From: a virus
Lineage: Duplodnaviria > Caudoviricetes
DNA: 57,053 nucleotides
Virus record (IMG/VR): IMGVR_UViG_3300015206_000001
Location: 1-57,053 of that record
Reading direction: 5' to 3' (one strand)
This document shows positions 36,509-45,670 of this stretch, piece by piece. A program made the translations under genes and the position numbers. The notes beneath the pieces were generated by a model that did not search any database, was not told where the DNA came from, and was given only the letters and a program-made list of their open reading frames with translations. Within the stretch, counting starts at the first letter, position 1. Each line of letters opens with the position of its first letter.

Positions 36509-38398
36509 TCAGGCCGCCTTGCGCTTTTTGGCAGGTGTCTTTTTGGCGGCCTTCTTCGGCGCGGTTTTCTTCGAAACTGGCTTCTTCTTGTGATCCGAGG
36601 GACCTAGCTTTGCTTTGCCTTTCGGAGGACCGTCATAACCCTTGGCGCGCAGCTGAAGCGGAAGCCAACCGGTCGGCGGGACGTTCTCCAAAGCGAATGC
36701 GACGATTTCCGGCTTGGTTTTCTTGGCCTGCTGTCGCGCCAGATCCGGTCCGAGTGATTCCTCGATCGCCTTGAGAGAGAGAAGCTTGCTCACGCCCGCG
36801 AAATAGTCCTTGGCGTCGAAGGCGCCACGTGCAGCAGCGTTGAATGCCTTAGCATCGATCGCATCGACGATCACCATTGCGCCCTCGTGAGGATCGTTGT
36901 GATCGTGAGATGAATGCTGGAAATCGAGCGCATTGGCTGCGAGCTGGGTTAGAAGCGTGATGCGCTCGGCCGGCTTGAGCCTTGTCGCGAGCGGCAATGC
37001 GCGTTTCATGTCTTCAGCGCCAAGCAGACCGCGCCGATCGCCGCGACCGCCGAGACCACTAACATGCACTTTCACCCCGCAATTGCTGTAGCAGCCTGCG
37101 CCGGCGAGCAGAACGGAAAGCGCTAGCTGCTCGTCCATAATCAGCGCGGTCGACGCGGCTTTGGTCAGCTGGATCGAAAGTCGATGCAACAAGGCCTGAG
37201 AGATATCCTCTTCGTCGGCCTCTGCCGGCGTCTCAGGCTTGGCTGGCTTGGCTTTCGACGACGTGGGCGAGGCGTTGGCTTCTGCCGGTCGCTTCACCCC
37301 ATAAAGAACGACCAGACGGCCGTCTTCGATATCGACGATGCAGCCGGTCTGCTTCTTTTTCTTAGTCTCGAAGCTGCGGGGCCGAACGGCGCTCTCGATG
37401 AGATCGAGATCCTTTTCCAGCTTTTCCTTTTTGTAATCCGCTTCAGCACTATAATCTTCACCGTCCTCGAGTTGCTCGATCTCGGCGCGGAGCTTCATGG
37501 CGCGCTCTTGCTCATCATCCTCGTACAAGAGCTCTTTGGGCTGCGATTGCGACCAGAAGCGCGCGCCATGTGGAAGGTCAGATTCGATCTCGGCCCAGCC
37601 CCAGCCGTCGGCTTTGAGTTCCTCGCACTTCACATCGAGCGCCCGACGCGCCATCTGCTTCAATAGCGTTTCATCGCTGATGATATGCGAGTTGCCGAAT
37701 AGATCTTCAGTGACGATCCCGCCGGCGGAACGGTAGGCCTCGGCACCGACATAGCCGAGCAGCTGTGCGACGTCGTCGTCTATGGCATCAGCGCCAAGCT
37801 CTCGCTTGACGTAGCTTTCAAAGATCGCTCCGCCCTTCGAGAGTTTGTCGTAGATCTTGTCCTGCGTTTTGTGGTCAAGACCAAGCGTGAACGCCTTAGC
37901 GACGTCAGCCTTGATCTCTCCGTTGCGCCACGCTGCGCGGATCTTCGGCGATAGCCGGCCGAGTGCGAGCGCTTGGCGCACTTCCTTTTCCGACATGCCG
38001 TATTGCAGCGCGATCTCTTCGGTCGTCTTGCCATGCGCCTCGAGTCGCGCGAAGGCCTCATACTGATCGACGGGATGCAGCTGCTGCGCTGTGATTGCGG
38101 TCGTCAGCGAAAACTCAAAAGCCTTGGTCTCGTCGACCTCATGTAGCGTACAGCCGATCGGTTGTGAGCTGTCCTCGCCGTAGATCATATGGAAGGCCGC
38201 CAGGCGACGGTTGCCGTTGGAGACGGAGAAAAAGAACTCATCGAACCGCTTGATGATCAGATCCTCGATCTGGCCATTGGCGTGCAGGTTCGCGGCAAGC
38301 GCCTCGATCCCGTCCAGCCGGCCGGCAACGCGGGCATTGATGCCGGCGCCGTCATCCTGGCCGAACTTCAGTCGATTCAGTGGAACATCGATATGCAT
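36509..38398 (-). CDS. ParB/RepB/Spo0J-family protein
   Basis: GIEALAANL, GNRRLAA, LHPVDQYEAF, HTH EEIALQYG; Lys-rich tail. Confidence 0.88.
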   Translation of the reverse strand: MHIDVPLNRLKFGQDDGAGINARVAGRLDGIEALAANLHANGQIEDLIIKRFDEFFFSVSNGNRRLAAFHMIYGEDSSQPIGCTLHEVDETKAFEFSLTTAITAQQLHPVDQYEAFARLEAHGKTTEEIALQYGMSEKEVRQALALGRLSPKIRAAWRNGEIKADVAKAFTLGLDHKTQDKIYDKLSKGGAIFESYVKRELGADAIDDDVAQLLGYVGAEAYRSAGGIVTEDLFGNSHIISDETLLKQMARRALDVKCEELKADGWGWAEIESDLPHGARFWSQSQPKELLYEDDEQERAMKLRAEIEQLEDGEDYSAEADYKKEKLEKDLDLIESAVRPRSFETKKKKQTGCIVDIEDGRLVVLYGVKRPAEANASPTSSKAKPAKPETPAEADEEDISQALLHRLSIQLTKAASTALIMDEQLALSVLLAGAGCYSNCGVKVHVSGLGGRGDRRGLLGAEDMKRALPLATRLKPAERITLLTQLAANALDFQHSSHDHNDPHEGAMVIVDAIDAKAFNAAARGAFDAKDYFAGVSKLLSLKAIEESLGPDLARQQAKKTKPEIVAFALENVPPTGWLPLQLRAKGYDGPPKGKAKLGPSDHKKKPVSKKTAPKKAAKKTPAKKRKAA

Positions 38399-38409
38399 GT
38401 TCAATCTCC

Positions 38410-38931
38410 TCAGTTCTTTTGTGGGGGAACCGGTGTGAACACCGGCTGGCCGTTGACGATTTCAAACAGGAAGGATTGCGGGTCGGACCAGTTGGCGAAC
38501 TGGAGCGTGACGCGCGTTTCTGTCTCATCCTCGGCAAAGATCATCTCGCGGACCGAGAATTCCGGATCCTCGGGCGACTTGATGTCCTTGATCAACGCGT
38601 CGAAACTCCCTTGGAGCGTGTCGATATCGCCGTCGACGATGACGACGTTGTGCGAGGGATCGATCTTGCCGTGCAGCTCGTAGCTGCCGTCATGTCGCAG
38701 CGTCGCTTCGACGTCAGGCAAGCGATCGCAGGACACGAACTGGACGACGTCGCCGGCCTTGAGCGGCTGGTTCCACAGCTCGACATCGTCCTGGCCGACG
38801 CCCTTGTCGCTCGGGCGATAGCCGAGCAGACATTCGTCACCATACTGAACGATGAATTCCTGCGGAGATGCCTTCGATGGGGGGCGGGATTCGTCAACCC
38901 AATCGGCCGGATACCATTCGAGCTCGGACAT
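38410..38931 (-). CDS. Hypothetical acidic protein
   Basis: GGAGG RBS; operon-packed. Confidence 0.7.
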   Translation of the reverse strand: MSELEWYPADWVDESRPPSKASPQEFIVQYGDECLLGYRPSDKGVGQDDVELWNQPLKAGDVVQFVSCDRLPDVEATLRHDGSYELHGKIDPSHNVVIVDGDIDTLQGSFDALIKDIKSPEDPEFSVREMIFAEDETETRVTLQFANWSDPQSFLFEIVNGQPVFTPVPPQKN

Positions 38932-38933
38932 CG

Positions 38934-39089
38934 TCAGCCTCCCTGTTTTTCGCGGATGAGTTTTGCGGTATCGTGGTAGCGCTGGCGCAAGAGCTCGCGC
39001 GCGCTACCCGCACCCGGCTTGGTGTACGGCACCAACGCCTCAAGAATTGCGATCTGGTTGAGAAGGATCTGGCGCTCGATGTCGGTCAT
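38934..39089 (-). CDS. Hypothetical protein
   Basis: ATGA-coupled start MTDIERQ. Confidence 0.6.
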   Translation of the reverse strand: MTDIERQILLNQIAILEALVPYTKPGAGSARELLRQRYHDTAKLIREKQGG

Positions 39090-39487
39090 ATTCGCCACCT
39101 GGCACAGATGTGACCTAACGCGAGGCAGGCGGTTAGCTCTATCCACGAGCCGCTCTGAATGAAATTCCATGCGGCGACGAAAGCGAACATCTCCAGGAAG
39201 ATGCGCAAGCTGCGCTTTCCGTCAGACACTGCCTTCAGATCGCGGTATCTTTTATCGATCACCTGCGACTGCACTGCGACTGAGATGATGTTCTCCGGTG
39301 AGCGGGAGCCAGTTTCAGCCTGCAACAGCGCCAGTTCTTCAGCCAGCCGAACCACCATGATCTGAAATTCTCGATCGTGAGACGTGCTAGGGCGACGGAC
39401 AATAGGGTCCTCGAGCAGCGTGACGACGCGGCCCATAAGAACTGCCAAGCTATGATCGAAGTTTTCATGCTTATCCGGTTTGGACAC
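39086..39487 (-). CDS. Hypothetical protein
   Basis: Fills the operon gap; hydrophobic C-terminus. Confidence 0.5.
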   Translation of the reverse strand: MSKPDKHENFDHSLAVLMGRVVTLLEDPIVRRPSTSHDREFQIMVVRLAEELALLQAETGSRSPENIISVAVQSQVIDKRYRDLKAVSDGKRSLRIFLEMFAFVAAWNFIQSGSWIELTACLALGHICARWRI

Positions 39488-39505
39488 ACGGCCCTAGATG
39501 TTGTG

Positions 39506-39961
39506 TCAGTGCCAGCCATGCTCGACCGCCCTCGCGTTGCCGAGCGATGCTTCGAAGGCGAATAGCCCTTTATCGAAGCCGTTAATCTGGCGGTCCATCT
39601 GCCTGACAGCCATCATCATCGCGTCGGCTTGATCCTGCGTGCGGAAGGCCAGCGCCCTGTTATGGTCGACGGTCCACTCGAAATTGTCGGACATTTGAAG
39701 CCGTTGCACAGCAAGATAGCGCGGGCCGGGCGCTTCGATCAGCCATCGGAAATCGTCGCTTCCCTCGACCATGTAGCGCACCATCGCGTCCGCCTGCGTG
39801 GCGTCAAAAAGGTTGGTGCCGGTCGGCTCGTGCCTCATCGGGTGAGCCGTGTGCTCATTGAAGGCCGCCTTGAAGCTGATCCCGGCGTCGGGACTGAAAT
39901 TTTCAGGCAGCTTCCAGCCAAGAAAACGGTTGACCATGTGTTTGATCGCGTCGTCAGTCAT
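39506..39961 (-). CDS. Hypothetical protein
   Basis: GAGGA RBS; RFLGWKLP..PTGTNL phage motif. Confidence 0.75.
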   Translation of the reverse strand: MTDDAIKHMVNRFLGWKLPENFSPDAGISFKAAFNEHTAHPMRHEPTGTNLFDATQADAMVRYMVEGSDDFRWLIEAPGPRYLAVQRLQMSDNFEWTVDHNRALAFRTQDQADAMMMAVRQMDRQINGFDKGLFAFEASLGNARAVEHGWH

Positions 39962-40030
39962 CGGTTAGTCCTCTCAACATCTAGTAGCTCCTAGCGTTTG
40001 TGTGCGTTAACCGGATAAGCATGGAAGTTT

Positions 40031-40354
40031 TTACCCGACATCGTTGCCCCTCTCGATCAGATATGCAGCCGCACGGCCAAGCGGAGACGCCGGCGAGCCG
40101 TCGGGATTGCGCTTCATGGCGTGAGCGATGACTTCAGGCGGACAGCCGTGCTGCAGCAACAGCGACATCAGGATGGCGCCGTCGCCGGCCAAGACATCGA
40201 TTTGCGAATTGACTTGCTGGGCGTTGAGGAAGACTTCGATCACGGGCCCGAATTGACCGTTCCGGAAATCGCGACCCAAGCCGATCTTGTAGCGCTGGCG
40301 ATCGTGCTCGATCGTCTCGTGAGAGCGGCGATTGGCTGGGCGTTGGCGGGTCAT
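40031..40354 (-). CDS. Stand-alone TSCPD-like (class II RNR C-terminal) domain protein
   Basis: RQRPANRR, EVFL, AILMSLLLQHG, ASPLG. Confidence 0.65.
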   Translation of the reverse strand: MTRQRPANRRSHETIEHDRQRYKIGLGRDFRNGQFGPVIEVFLNAQQVNSQIDVLAGDGAILMSLLLQHGCPPEVIAHAMKRNPDGSPASPLGRAAAYLIERGNDVG

Positions 40355-40620
40355 GCGGCCTCCCGATCGTTTCGGGCGCCCAAAATTGAACTGATTAGAC
40401 GCCAGCCACTTTCGCTGGGACGGAAGAACGGGCTTCTCGTCATGCCTTCGTCAGGAACGCAACGAAACCAGATTTCGACAAGGCCACGCCGCCATAAAGG
40501 CGCCATCGCTTCGCGCTGGTCGTGCGTCAGCGTGACCTGGCCGCCGTTCGAGCAGCAGACCGCGAGGTGCTTTAACGTCGCGATCTGCCGATTGCTGAGA
40601 CGCTGGTTGGTCACAGACAC
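40351..40620 (-). CDS. Hypothetical protein
   Basis: Coupled ORF; wHTH-like LWRRGLVE. Confidence 0.6.
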   Translation of the reverse strand: MSVTNQRLSNRQIATLKHLAVCCSNGGQVTLTHDQREAMAPLWRRGLVEIWFRCVPDEGMTRSPFFRPSESGWRLISSILGARNDREAA

Positions 40621-41090
40621 TCCCCGATGACTTCGCGCTGCAGTGCGCCGACCTTGTCCTCATCGGTTTGAACTTCGCCGATGAGAGCGACAATCCACCA
40701 GCGTTCGCCCTTCCACTTCGGCGGCACGAACGTCGCATGCAGGGCGTTCTTGCTGCAGATCTGAAGAGGACCTTTGATGGTCTCGACAGTGCCAGGCGCA
40801 ACGGGATCATTTTTCCCGCCGTTGCTTGCGCAACCGTTCTTGTCCGATCGCCAGAAGGCGATCGTAGCTCCAGCTTCCTGAAGCTCGCGCAAGCGAGCTT
40901 GAGAAGTGTCTGGCCACTTCCGGGCGAAGCACGGAATAGTGGCCAGCCAATATTCTTTGGAGCCATCGCCATAGCCAGAGCCATAGCTATAGCCAGAGCC
41001 ATAGCCAGCGCCATCGCCATAGCCATAGCCAGAGAGTAATGAGTGCGGGACTTCGCCCCGCACGAGTTTTGCTTCCGTGATCACTTCCAT
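40611..41090 (-). CDS. Gly-Tyr/Asp/Ser repeat protein
   Basis: GYGYGDGAGYGSGYSYGSGYGDG followed by a globular domain. Confidence 0.7.
   Translation of the reverse strand: MEVITEAKLVRGEVPHSLLSGYGYGDGAGYGSGYSYGSGYGDGSKEYWLATIPCFARKWPDTSQARLRELQEAGATIAFWRSDKNGCASNGGKNDPVAPGTVETIKGPLQICSKNALHATFVPPKWKGERWWIVALIGEVQTDEDKVGALQREVIGECL
40962..41032. repeat. Hexamer tandem repeat (GCCATA/GCCAGA/GCCATC)
   Basis: About 11-12 degenerate hexamers encoding Gly-X. Confidence 0.85.
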
Positions 41091-41386
41091 GGCGCCGATT
41101 CCCACGCCGACACAGCAGCCGTCGTGCACTCGGCAACCGAAGTGATGTCGCGCAATTCGATATCAGCAGCAGGGCCAACGCGAGCGCCCTTGACCGGACC
41201 CATATTGGCCAGGCCCATGAAGCCTTTGTTTTCGGTCGGCCAATAGATGCAATTGCGCGCTGCGCGAAGCTTGATGGTCGCGCCTTCGGTATCGAGCGCA
41301 TATCCGAAGAAAACGCCGCGATGCGTCGTGGTGACGAGCACAGCGCGCTCGACCTGTTGCTTGGATCGGTTCGGGTGGTTAGTCAT
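41081..41386 (-). CDS. DUF6948-like protein
   Basis: VLVTTTHRGVFFG, ARNCIYW, LANMGP. Confidence 0.7.
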   Translation of the reverse strand: MTNHPNRSKQQVERAVLVTTTHRGVFFGYALDTEGATIKLRAARNCIYWPTENKGFMGLANMGPVKGARVGPAADIELRDITSVAECTTAAVSAWESAPWK

Positions 41387-41431
41387 CTTCTCTTCTCCTG
41401 CCCCTAAAAATCGCCGAGGCGCACGATCACT

Positions 41432-41932
41432 TCAAAACTTTCCCGCCCGGCTAAAGAGATCAGCCGATGGTTGAGCCTGCACCGGTTGTTCGGCGTCGGA
41501 TTTCGGCAACATCCATTTCAGCGGCCGCTCGATCGCGCCGGATTCCTTCCATTCGAAATATCCGAGCGCGCCACTGCAGGGGATCGGTTCGCAGGACTGC
41601 GTATTCGCCAGCACCAGGCCGCGGGGTCCGAAGAACCACCGGCTCGAGCTCCTGGTGACGATGTCGACCACGTCGACGCTGCCGATGATGCCGCCACGGA
41701 TCAGCGCGCCAGGCGGAGGGCAGACCACGTCGATCGACCGCATGAAGTCATAGGCGCTGGCGTATTCCTCTTGCGTCATGCCTTTGGAGGCATGGATCGC
41801 GATGCGGCCGCGCTTCATGCCGCCTTTGGTGATCGCGACGTGGCCGCGATTTTCGATATTCTTGCCAGCGTGGATGATCGCCCAGGCCCAGGGTTGGCGA
41901 ACTGAGAGCGCTAGCGTCGGCAATGCCGTCAT
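41432..41932 (-). CDS. ASCH domain protein
   Basis: ALSVRQPWAWAI..GKNIENR..IAIHAS. Confidence 0.88.
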   Translation of the reverse strand: MTALPTLALSVRQPWAWAIIHAGKNIENRGHVAITKGGMKRGRIAIHASKGMTQEEYASAYDFMRSIDVVCPPPGALIRGGIIGSVDVVDIVTRSSSRWFFGPRGLVLANTQSCEPIPCSGALGYFEWKESGAIERPLKWMLPKSDAEQPVQAQPSADLFSRAGKF

Positions 41933-42174
41933 ATCATCCCCCGCAGATGCTCGACCGCTGCGGTGACGTCGGCGATCAGCCAATGGCGATAGCCCAGATG
42001 GTTGGTCGTCCCGAGCACTGCGGCGTCTTCCAGGAAGGCAATCAGCAGCGAGGCGCGGTCATAGGAGCACTCCAGCTTTCGCTGGAGTAAGCTGATGCAG
42101 CCGGTCAGGCGTTGCTGCTGGCGCAAAACCCCATGCGCGGCATAGATCTGATCTGAGAGTTTTGGTCCGCTCAT
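41929..42174 (-). CDS. Stand-alone FtsK gamma-like winged-helix protein
   Basis: ISLLQRKLECSYDRASLLIAFLE matches S.LQR.L.IGYNRA..L...LE. Confidence 0.7.
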   Translation of the reverse strand: MSGPKLSDQIYAAHGVLRQQQRLTGCISLLQRKLECSYDRASLLIAFLEDAAVLGTTNHLGYRHWLIADVTAAVEHLRGMI

Positions 42175-42473
42175 TTGCGATCCTTCTCAAGTTCCGCAAT
42201 CCCGAAATCCTTCTGGCGCTCATCGAGAATGGCGTCGCCGCGCGCGAAGGTCGCCTGCTCGAGGACCTTCATCACCGCGTCGTGGCTTTCGCCGCCAAAC
42301 AGCACCAGCTTGAGGTTGACGCCGAACTTGCTCATGTCGACGTGCGTGGTGTTGCCGTCGCGCATGTGTTCCCAGGCGCCTGCTGGAAGGCCAATGACGA
42401 CAAGCGGAACGCCATCGCCGGTACCGTTCGGCGAATAGGCAAAGACCAGCCGCTGCTCGATGTTGTCAGGCAT
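42171..42473 (-). CDS. Hypothetical protein
   Basis: Coupled ORF. Confidence 0.65.
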   Translation of the reverse strand: MPDNIEQRLVFAYSPNGTGDGVPLVVIGLPAGAWEHMRDGNTTHVDMSKFGVNLKLVLFGGESHDAVMKVLEQATFARGDAILDERQKDFGIAELEKDRK

Positions 42474-43485
42474 CCGCCATCTCCTCCGTCTCAGCTTCCA
42501 GTCCCCAGCGATCCCAGCCCGATCGCGCGCGCCTCGCGTTCAATTCGATCTTCGGCAGTGTCGGGAAATAGCGCTCAATGATCTCGTAGAAAGCATCTGG
42601 CTTTTGCGAGTGCGCTGCGACTGGTGCAGAGACGAGGCTTGGAAACTGGGTTCCCATCGCCGGCGCCGGGACGTCGCCCTTGGTGCCGACGAGCAGCAGT
42701 TCGTGCTGGTTGCGAAACCAGTAGCCGGTGCCGATCTTATCCTTGGCCCAGATGCAATGGGATTTGTAGGCAAAGCCCCACGCCGCCGTGACGCGCAGCG
42801 CATCGGGCAACATCGGAACAGTCGCCCACAGAAACAGTACGCAATCGGCGGCTGCGATATCCTGCACCGGCCTGGCGCAGATCGCGTCGGTGTCCGACGT
42901 CGGATAATGATTGTCCGCTGCGCGGTCCATGCCGGTTTCGCGGCTATAGACTTCGAAGCGCCACTCAGGGTCTGCGTAAATAACGCCGTAGCGTTTGTCC
43001 GGTAGCGCTTGCTGCTTGGAAGCCAGCTCGCGCTCCCGTGTCGCGCGATGTTCCTTCTTGTCGCCGTGCGCGGCCGCACTGATCGGGTCAACCAAGATGG
43101 CGCCGCCACTGCGGATTTTTTCTCGCGCGCCTTCTGCGAGGTGCTCAAAGGCGTCATCATCTAGTGCGGCAGCCTTCTGGGCTCTGGAAGACAGCTTTTT
43201 GTCGACGCCGATTTCCTTCAGCGTGACCCGCTCGGAATTCTCATCCTTTGGCTTGCGGCCTTCTGCTATCTGGCCGGTTTGCTTGGCGGCCGCTAGTAGA
43301 ATGCCCAACCGGCGCTCGGCGCGCATCTGGAAGATCGTGGCATCAGCGAGCAGCGCCTTGTCCTGGATCTGCCGGGCATAGAGCTTGACGTGCTCGAGCT
43401 CGTCGCGGATCGCCATCACCTGGTCGACGCGGATGGCGTCTGCCAATGCAGTGCGGGCGCGATCGTAGGCGGCGAGCATGGTCAC
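42466..43485 (-). CDS. MT-A70 family adenine methyltransferase with N-terminal helical domain
   Basis: YGVIYADPEW, NHYPT, LFLWAT, GTGYWFRNQHELLL, HSQKP, IELNAR. Confidence 0.9.
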   Translation of the reverse strand: MTMLAAYDRARTALADAIRVDQVMAIRDELEHVKLYARQIQDKALLADATIFQMRAERRLGILLAAAKQTGQIAEGRKPKDENSERVTLKEIGVDKKLSSRAQKAAALDDDAFEHLAEGAREKIRSGGAILVDPISAAAHGDKKEHRATRERELASKQQALPDKRYGVIYADPEWRFEVYSRETGMDRAADNHYPTSDTDAICARPVQDIAAADCVLFLWATVPMLPDALRVTAAWGFAYKSHCIWAKDKIGTGYWFRNQHELLLVGTKGDVPAPAMGTQFPSLVSAPVAAHSQKPDAFYEIIERYFPTLPKIELNARRARSGWDRWGLEAETEEMADA

Positions 43486-43778
43486 TTGGCTGTCTCCAAT
43501 TTGCGAGACAGCTTCTTGATCAGCTTTTGCTGCAGCACCTCGAGTCTGGAGGATCCCTTGATCCGCACAGCCTCGGCAGTGGATTCGCGCCACATGTCTT
43601 CAAGGGCAAAGTGATGGCGGATGTTTTTGCGGCCTAGGCTGGAGATCTCGCGCTGATATTCTGGATCGACGATGAGCGAGCCGATCGACAGCCATTCCAG
43701 TTTCGGAAGCTTGCCGAAGGTCGCCGGCACTGCGAGCTTGGCATAGCCCTTGGTTTCGATCGTGCGCGGTTGCGTCAT
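43482..43778 (-). pseudogene. Internally deleted ParB-like (DUF6551-like) gene
   Basis: LEWL..LIVDPEYQR N-terminus present, but the DGQHR core is missing; only 98 aa. Confidence 0.5.
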
Positions 43779-44797
43779 GACGCTAACCTCGGGGGAAAGC
43801 CATTATGCTCGACGCCATCGAGCTTTCTGCCGGCTGTCTTTTTGCCGACGTTCACCAGCGCGTAGTCTTCAATCTGATGGAAGCTGAAGCTGCGACCGTC
43901 GAAATAGAAGCGGTCGCGTTTGATCTGGTGGTTATCCTTCAAAGCGACCGGCTGGTGCTGGCCCCATTGCTTGAAGAAGAAGGCAACGCCGGCGGCCGCG
44001 CACTGATCGCGAAGGCCGCGCGCCCAGGCCGGATGCATCGGTCGTGCCGAGGGACCGGATTCGCCGCCGACGATCACCCAATGGATCTGACCGGAATACA
44101 GCGAACGCCGGGCATCGAGTGATCCAAGCAGCGGTTCACACGACAGAAACCGAACTGAAGCGGGCGTGTAGCGCAGATCTTCTTCGCGCTCGTTCAGCTC
44201 CGCCTGGCGCTCAGCCGAGACACCGAGCCAGACATTCGGAAGGGGAAGCATTGGCGTGCAACCGCCAGTAGGAACTTTGCGGACCTGATGTTCGTAGGCA
44301 ATGTGCTGATCGTAGTTCTCGTCATGCGCCGGATAGTGGCTATTCAAGAGCGAAAGCGCCTGACGGTGAACGCGATCCTCTAGCGCCCATCTGTCCTGGC
44401 TGCAGTAATCCCGCATCCGATTCGCGCGCTTCGTCAGCACCTGGAACGTATGCTGCGGGCAAAGTGCCATTGCGGCGAAGATCTGATCGAGCATTTCGTC
44501 GGTAACAAAATCGGCGAACAGATCGGTCATCGAGCAGACGAAAATCATCCGAGACTTTTTCCAGCGCAGCGGCTGGGTCAGCATCTCCTGGTCGACAAAG
44601 ATCTCAATGTCGTCGCGATGGCCGGGCTTGAACGGTAGGCCGGTGCCGAGCCGCTTATTGAAGCCTTCCGCGTAACAATGCTCGCAGCCGGTGGTGGCGT
44701 GCTCGCAATGCCAGCCGACCTTGCCGGTCTTCTTGTTGCGCGCGCGGATCGGATTCCAGGTCGCGTCGGTCCATTCGATGAGGGATTTATCGGCCAT
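43775..44797 (-). CDS. DUF5131 (Gp37/Gp68) radical-SAM-like protein
   Basis: IEWTDATWNP, CEHATTGCEHCYAE (CX6CX2C), SMTDLF, SCEPLLG, GGESG, FFFKQWG. Confidence 0.93.
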   Translation of the reverse strand: MADKSLIEWTDATWNPIRARNKKTGKVGWHCEHATTGCEHCYAEGFNKRLGTGLPFKPGHRDDIEIFVDQEMLTQPLRWKKSRMIFVCSMTDLFADFVTDEMLDQIFAAMALCPQHTFQVLTKRANRMRDYCSQDRWALEDRVHRQALSLLNSHYPAHDENYDQHIAYEHQVRKVPTGGCTPMLPLPNVWLGVSAERQAELNEREEDLRYTPASVRFLSCEPLLGSLDARRSLYSGQIHWVIVGGESGPSARPMHPAWARGLRDQCAAAGVAFFFKQWGQHQPVALKDNHQIKRDRFYFDGRSFSFHQIEDYALVNVGKKTAGRKLDGVEHNGFPPRLAS

Positions 44798-44994
44798 CAG
44801 CGCACCGGTCGCTTGATCTGCGGACGCTCGCCAAACCAGCGGCATTCCATGCAGACCGGGAATTCGAAGCCGTCGTCGACGGCGCAAAACACGTTCATGC
44901 CACAACAGGTGCATACGAACTCGATGCTCCCGTCGGCATTCTTCTGGCGAACCTGAGGCGCTGGAAGGTTGGCGCTGAAAGGGAGCACGCTCAC
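44797..44994 (-). CDS. Small Zn-ribbon-like protein
   Basis: CTCC...CMEC; GTGA-coupled start. Confidence 0.55.
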   Translation of the reverse strand: MSVLPFSANLPAPQVRQKNADGSIEFVCTCCGMNVFCAVDDGFEFPVCMECRWFGERPQIKRPVR

Positions 44995-45320
44995 CGGCTG
45001 GCCTCCGATTTCAAGCTCTCGCGCTCGTGCTGGAACTGCTGATAGGCATCGGTGCGCAGCAAAGGGAGGATGGTGCCGATCACCATCTGCCAGTGATGGT
45101 CGCCTTTCGGATCGGCGTAGAAATTCTCGATCGCCGGACACATCACCATGGCGGAGCGCGTGGTGCGAAAATTCTCGGCCGGACGCTGATCGGCCAGATC
45201 AATCTCGCCGACCAGGTCGAAGAACGATGCCGGTGGATAGGCCGCCAGCAGCACCGGTCGATGCACGATGTCTTCGGCGCACTTGATCAGGTCGTTCAGT
45301 GCCTGGGAAAGCGGCCTCAT
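44991..45320 (-). CDS. Hypothetical protein
   Basis: Coupled ORF. Confidence 0.7.
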   Translation of the reverse strand: MRPLSQALNDLIKCAEDIVHRPVLLAAYPPASFFDLVGEIDLADQRPAENFRTTRSAMVMCPAIENFYADPKGDHHWQMVIGTILPLLRTDAYQQFQHERESLKSEASR

Positions 45321-45670
45321 GCGAAATGGCCCTCTTCGGTCAGCGCTATAGATTCCTTGCGCACGTGGTCGGCAAGCGAGGCCACGGCATCGCGCCAGCG
45401 ATCGCCACGCGCATCTGCAGACCCATCGCCAGGTGCCGCAGTTGCCGCTTTGGCCGCGTTGCGCACCGCCATCGTCAGCATGAAGGCAGCGTCGAGGATC
45501 GAGCTCGTCGGCAGATCGGTCTGCATGCCGCGCAGCCGTCGGAGATCTTCATAGAGCAAGCCGACCCGATCGGAGATCAGCGCCACCTCAGTGCGGCCAT
45601 CGAGCAGCGCTTCGGCATGCGCGACCGCTTGTCCAGCGAGCAGATTGGCGGTGCCGACGAAGGGTTTCAT
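45317..45670 (-). CDS. Hypothetical protein
   Basis: Coupled ORF. Confidence 0.7.
   Translation of the reverse strand: MKPFVGTANLLAGQAVAHAEALLDGRTEVALISDRVGLLYEDLRRLRGMQTDLPTSSILDAAFMLTMAVRNAAKAATAAPGDGSADARGDRWRDAVASLADHVRKESIALTEEGHFA

Noticed and set aside
36509-38398. parABS plasmid-prophage system
   Set aside because: No adjacent parA, parS array or protelomerase; int and xis are present.
42466-43485. Restriction-modification or known defence system
   Set aside because: No cognate nuclease or recognisable defence gene nearby; treated as an orphan methyltransferase.
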